Shown in pieces: positions 61,429-64,000 of a stretch of 64,000 bases of DNA. This DNA is from Myxococcales bacterium (GTDB taxonomy: Bacteria; Myxococcota_A; Polyangia; Polyangiales; DASUME01). Location: positions 3,904,001 through 3,968,000 of the forward strand of contig JASGJH010000001.1 of the NCBI GenBank assembly GCA_047601445.1, read 5' to 3'. A model generated the notes under the pieces. The model had not been told where the DNA came from. It was given only the letters and a program-made list of their open reading frames with translations, and did no database searches. Made by a program: the position numbers and the translations under genes. Within the stretch, counting starts at the first letter, position 1. The number at the start of each line of letters is the position of its first letter.

Positions 61429-63104
61429 GGATTGGGCCAGCTTTCCGTTCGGGCCGAGCGAGCAGGGCGCCAAGGCGAGCGGCTCGGACGCATCTGCGTC
61501 GGGCGTGGAGCTCCTGACCCAGCTGGCGAATTCGATGTTTCGCGGTGTGGACGTGAGCGGCGCACCTGCAGGCGTCGAGCCTCTGGCGCGCAGTGCAGAG
61601 GCGGCCAGCATCCCGGAGCAGCCGGCGGTGCCCTCGGAAGCCACCCGCTTCCCCACGCGAATCATCGCAGAGCCTGCGCAGCAGGCCGAGAAGACCTCGA
61701 GCTTCTACTTCCTGGACTACGTGGGCGAAGCGCAACGTACGGCGAGCCCCTACTCCACCGCCGCGAGGCCGCCTCATGTCGAGCTGCCCGGCTTGCCGGC
61801 TTCCCCTGTGGCCCCTGATCCTCGCCTTCCCGGCACGGACTCGTGGCGTCTTCCAAACGGCCTCACTCCCCCGGGGCGGGGCCTCTTCGATCCGCTCCGC
61901 GTACGCCAGGACTTCCCGATCCTGAGCGAACAAGTCAACGGGCGCCCCCTGGTGTGGCTGGACAACGCCGCGACCACGCAGAAGCCGCGCTCGGTGATCG
62001 ACCGCGTATCCTATTTCTACGAGCACGAGAACTCCAACATCCACCGCGCCGCCCACACGTTGGCCGCCCGCTCCACGGATGCTTACGAGGGCGCGCGGGA
62101 GAAGGTCCGACGCTTCCTCAACGCCCCCTCCGCGCAAGAGATCGTTTTCACCCGTGGAACCACGGAGTCCATCAACCTGGTCGCCCAGAGCTGGGGCCGA
62201 CGCTACGTCCAAAACGGTGACGAAATCGTCATCACTTGGCTGGAGCATCATTCGAACATCGTCCCATGGCAACTCCTCTGCTCCGAGGTAGGAGCCAAAC
62301 TGCGTGTGGCGCCCGTGGACGACAGCGGCCAGGTCATCCTGTCGGAGTACCAGAAGCTGCTTGGCCCCCGCACGCGTCTGGTCTCGCTGACTCAGGTATC
62401 GAACGCACTGGGAACCGTCACCCCGGCTGCCGAGATGGTCGCCATGGCTCAACGCGTCGGCGCTCGCGTGCTGGTGGATGGCGCGCAAAGCGTCTCCCAC
62501 ATGCCTAGCGACGTTCAGCGCCTCAACTGCGATTTCTTCGTCTTTTCCGGGCACAAAGTCTTCGGACCCACCGGCATTGGCGTGCTTTACGGCAAGTCCG
62601 AGGTGCTCGAGTCGATGCCCCCGTGGCAGGGCGGCGGCAACATGATCGCCGACGTCACGTTCGAGAAGACCGTTTACCATCCCCCCCCCCATGCGCTTCG
62701 AAGCAGGCACGGGAAACATCGCCGACGCCGTGGGTCTCGGCGCCGCCCTCGACTATGTCGAGCAGCTCGGCCTACCCCACATCCAGTGCTACGAGCACGA
62801 GCTGCTGGAGTACGGGGCCGAGCGGTTGCGCGAAGTACCCGGCTTGCGACCGATCGGCACGGCGGCCGACAAGGCGGCGGTGCTCTCCTTCGTGATCGAC
62901 GGACTCCGACCGGAGCAAGTCGGCGCCGCCTTGGCCCGGGATGGAATTGCCGTTCGGGCCGGCCATCACTGCGCGCAGCCGGCCCTTCGCAGATTCGGAC
63001 TGGAGGCCACGGTGCGCCCTTCCCTGGCCTTCTACAACACGCGCGAGGATCTGGACGCACTCGTTGCATCGCTGAAACAATTGCGCACGAGCCAGTTCTT
63101 CTAG
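61415..63104 (+). CDS. Encapsulin cargo cysteine desulfurase (SufS-type) with an N-terminal cargo-loading region, frameshifted at the C10 tract 62681..62690 in this sequence
   Basis: About 150-aa Pro/Ala/Ser-rich N-terminus with LTQLANSMF and FYFL; DNAATTQKP, EHHSN, SGHK; after the shift RFEAGT and RAGHHCA. Confidence 0.93.
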
Positions 63105-63119
63105 AACCGCCATTGGCGT

Positions 63120-63135
63120 TGGCAGAGCTCTTGCT
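63120..63135 (+). promoter_or_regulatory. Putative sigma54 promoter
   Basis: TGGCAGA-GCTC-TTGCT. Confidence 0.6.
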
Positions 63136-63149
63136 GAGGCGTGCAACAG

Positions 63150-63772
63150 ATGCCTCCTCCTCGGCAAGAGCTCCCAACCACGACACCTCTCGCAGCGACC
63201 CGCTCCGACGATGCTCCAGCCAGCGTGGCAGACAACCTGCGACGGCTCAGACGCCGCCGAGGGTTGTCGCTCGAGCGTTTGGCCAAGGCCTCTGGCGTGA
63301 GCCGCTCGATGCTGGGACAAATCGAGCAAGCTCGCAGCACGCCTACCGTGACGCTTCTGAGGCGAATTGCGCGCGGACTGGCGGTGCCGCTCGATGCGCT
63401 GCTCGCGGAGCCAGCTCCCTCGAACGTCGTCGAACCATCGATCTCGGTGCGCCGCTCGCAAACATTTTCGGAAGACGAGCTGATGGGTGCGCACTGGCGG
63501 ATGCTGTCGACACCCGACCTGGGAGCCCAAGTCGCCGACTTCCACGAGCTACGCATGGCGCCCGGCTTCGTCGAGCCTCAGCGTGGACTGTCGGTGGGAA
63601 CCACCAAGCACGTGGTCGTCGTCCTTGGCCACGTGTCGCTGCGTGTGGGCGACGGTCAGCAGAGCTTGGCCACGGGCGACGCCGCCAGCTTCGCGCCGAC
63701 GTACCGCACGCCTATCAAAACACGGGCCTCGAACTAGCCGTGCTCTATCAGGTGACGAGCCGAGAACGTTAG
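63150..63772 (+). CDS. XRE HTH plus cupin regulator (SutR-like architecture), probable frameshift at about 63693
   Basis: NLRRLRRRRGLSLERLAKASGVSRSMLGQIE; the cupin end ADVPHAYQN lies in the adjacent frame and stops at 63772. Confidence 0.85.
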
Positions 63773-63883
63773 GCGGCTGCGGCATGCGCGCGTCTCCAGG
63801 TGCCCCAACGTGTGAGCGTCACCGCGTCCAGCTCGAAGTGGTCCTTGCGCTCGACCTCTCCGCGCTACACCTCACACCCGGCA

Positions 63884-64000
63884 ATGGACGAGGCTTTCCG
63901 CTCCACGTCGCTGAACCGGGCCGTATTGAGGCAAATTTTCGAAGCCTCGCCCAACCCCTACATGGTCTTGGATCGCGAGTTTCGGTACGTCGCGGCCAAT
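63884..64000 (+). CDS. PAS-domain sensor protein, N-terminus only (runs off the window)
   Basis: My own translation: MDEAFRSTSLNRAVLRQIFEASPNPYMVLDREFRYVAAN. Confidence 0.75.
   Translation, partial: MDEAFRSTSLNRAVLRQIFEASPNPYMVLDREFRYVAAN

Noticed and set aside
61373..63772. 799-aa ORF that looks like a desulfurase with a novel long C-terminal extension
   Set aside because: Artefact of the C10 frameshift; the true C-terminus is in 62691..63104 and the last residues belong to the XRE-cupin gene

Overview
High-GC (about 70% by eye) bacterial chromosomal DNA, most likely Myxococcota: it has Cys/Asp-rich repeat lipoproteins, two eukaryotic-like Ser/Thr kinases and many sigma54-type promoters. 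I count about 60 genes and found no rRNA, tRNA, CRISPR array or transposase. Main blocks: (1) 1-17 kb, lipoproteins, kinases, DUF2071/DUF4166 proteins and hydrolases; (2) 17-47 kb, a stress/low-oxygen-like region with four universal stress proteins, a CBS protein, a TreT-like glycosyltransferase, a type II and a hemerythrin-fused P1B-5 ATPase, a beta-CASP nuclease, an Mla/MCE transporter, a TauE-YeeE sulfur-transporter fusion next to an ECF sigma factor fused to a zinc-finger anti-sigma domain, and an orphan double-glycine Cys-rich peptide; (3) 48-56.5 kb, a cbb3 oxidase operon with fused ccoNO; (4) 56.7-63.8 kb, a sulfur locus of metY, metA, cysE, a small Cys-rich protein, a Family 2A encapsulin, its cargo cysteine desulfurase and an XRE-cupin regulator. 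Six genes carry single-base frameshifts, probably assembly indels. Non-coding highlights are about 15 sigma54 -24/-12 boxes (7 of them only 13-16 nt from a start codon), a shared upstream motif, a dispersed ~60-bp element at two convergent gene junctions, and a possibly structured leader before the encapsulin gene. All family calls come from motif recognition by eye, not database searches.
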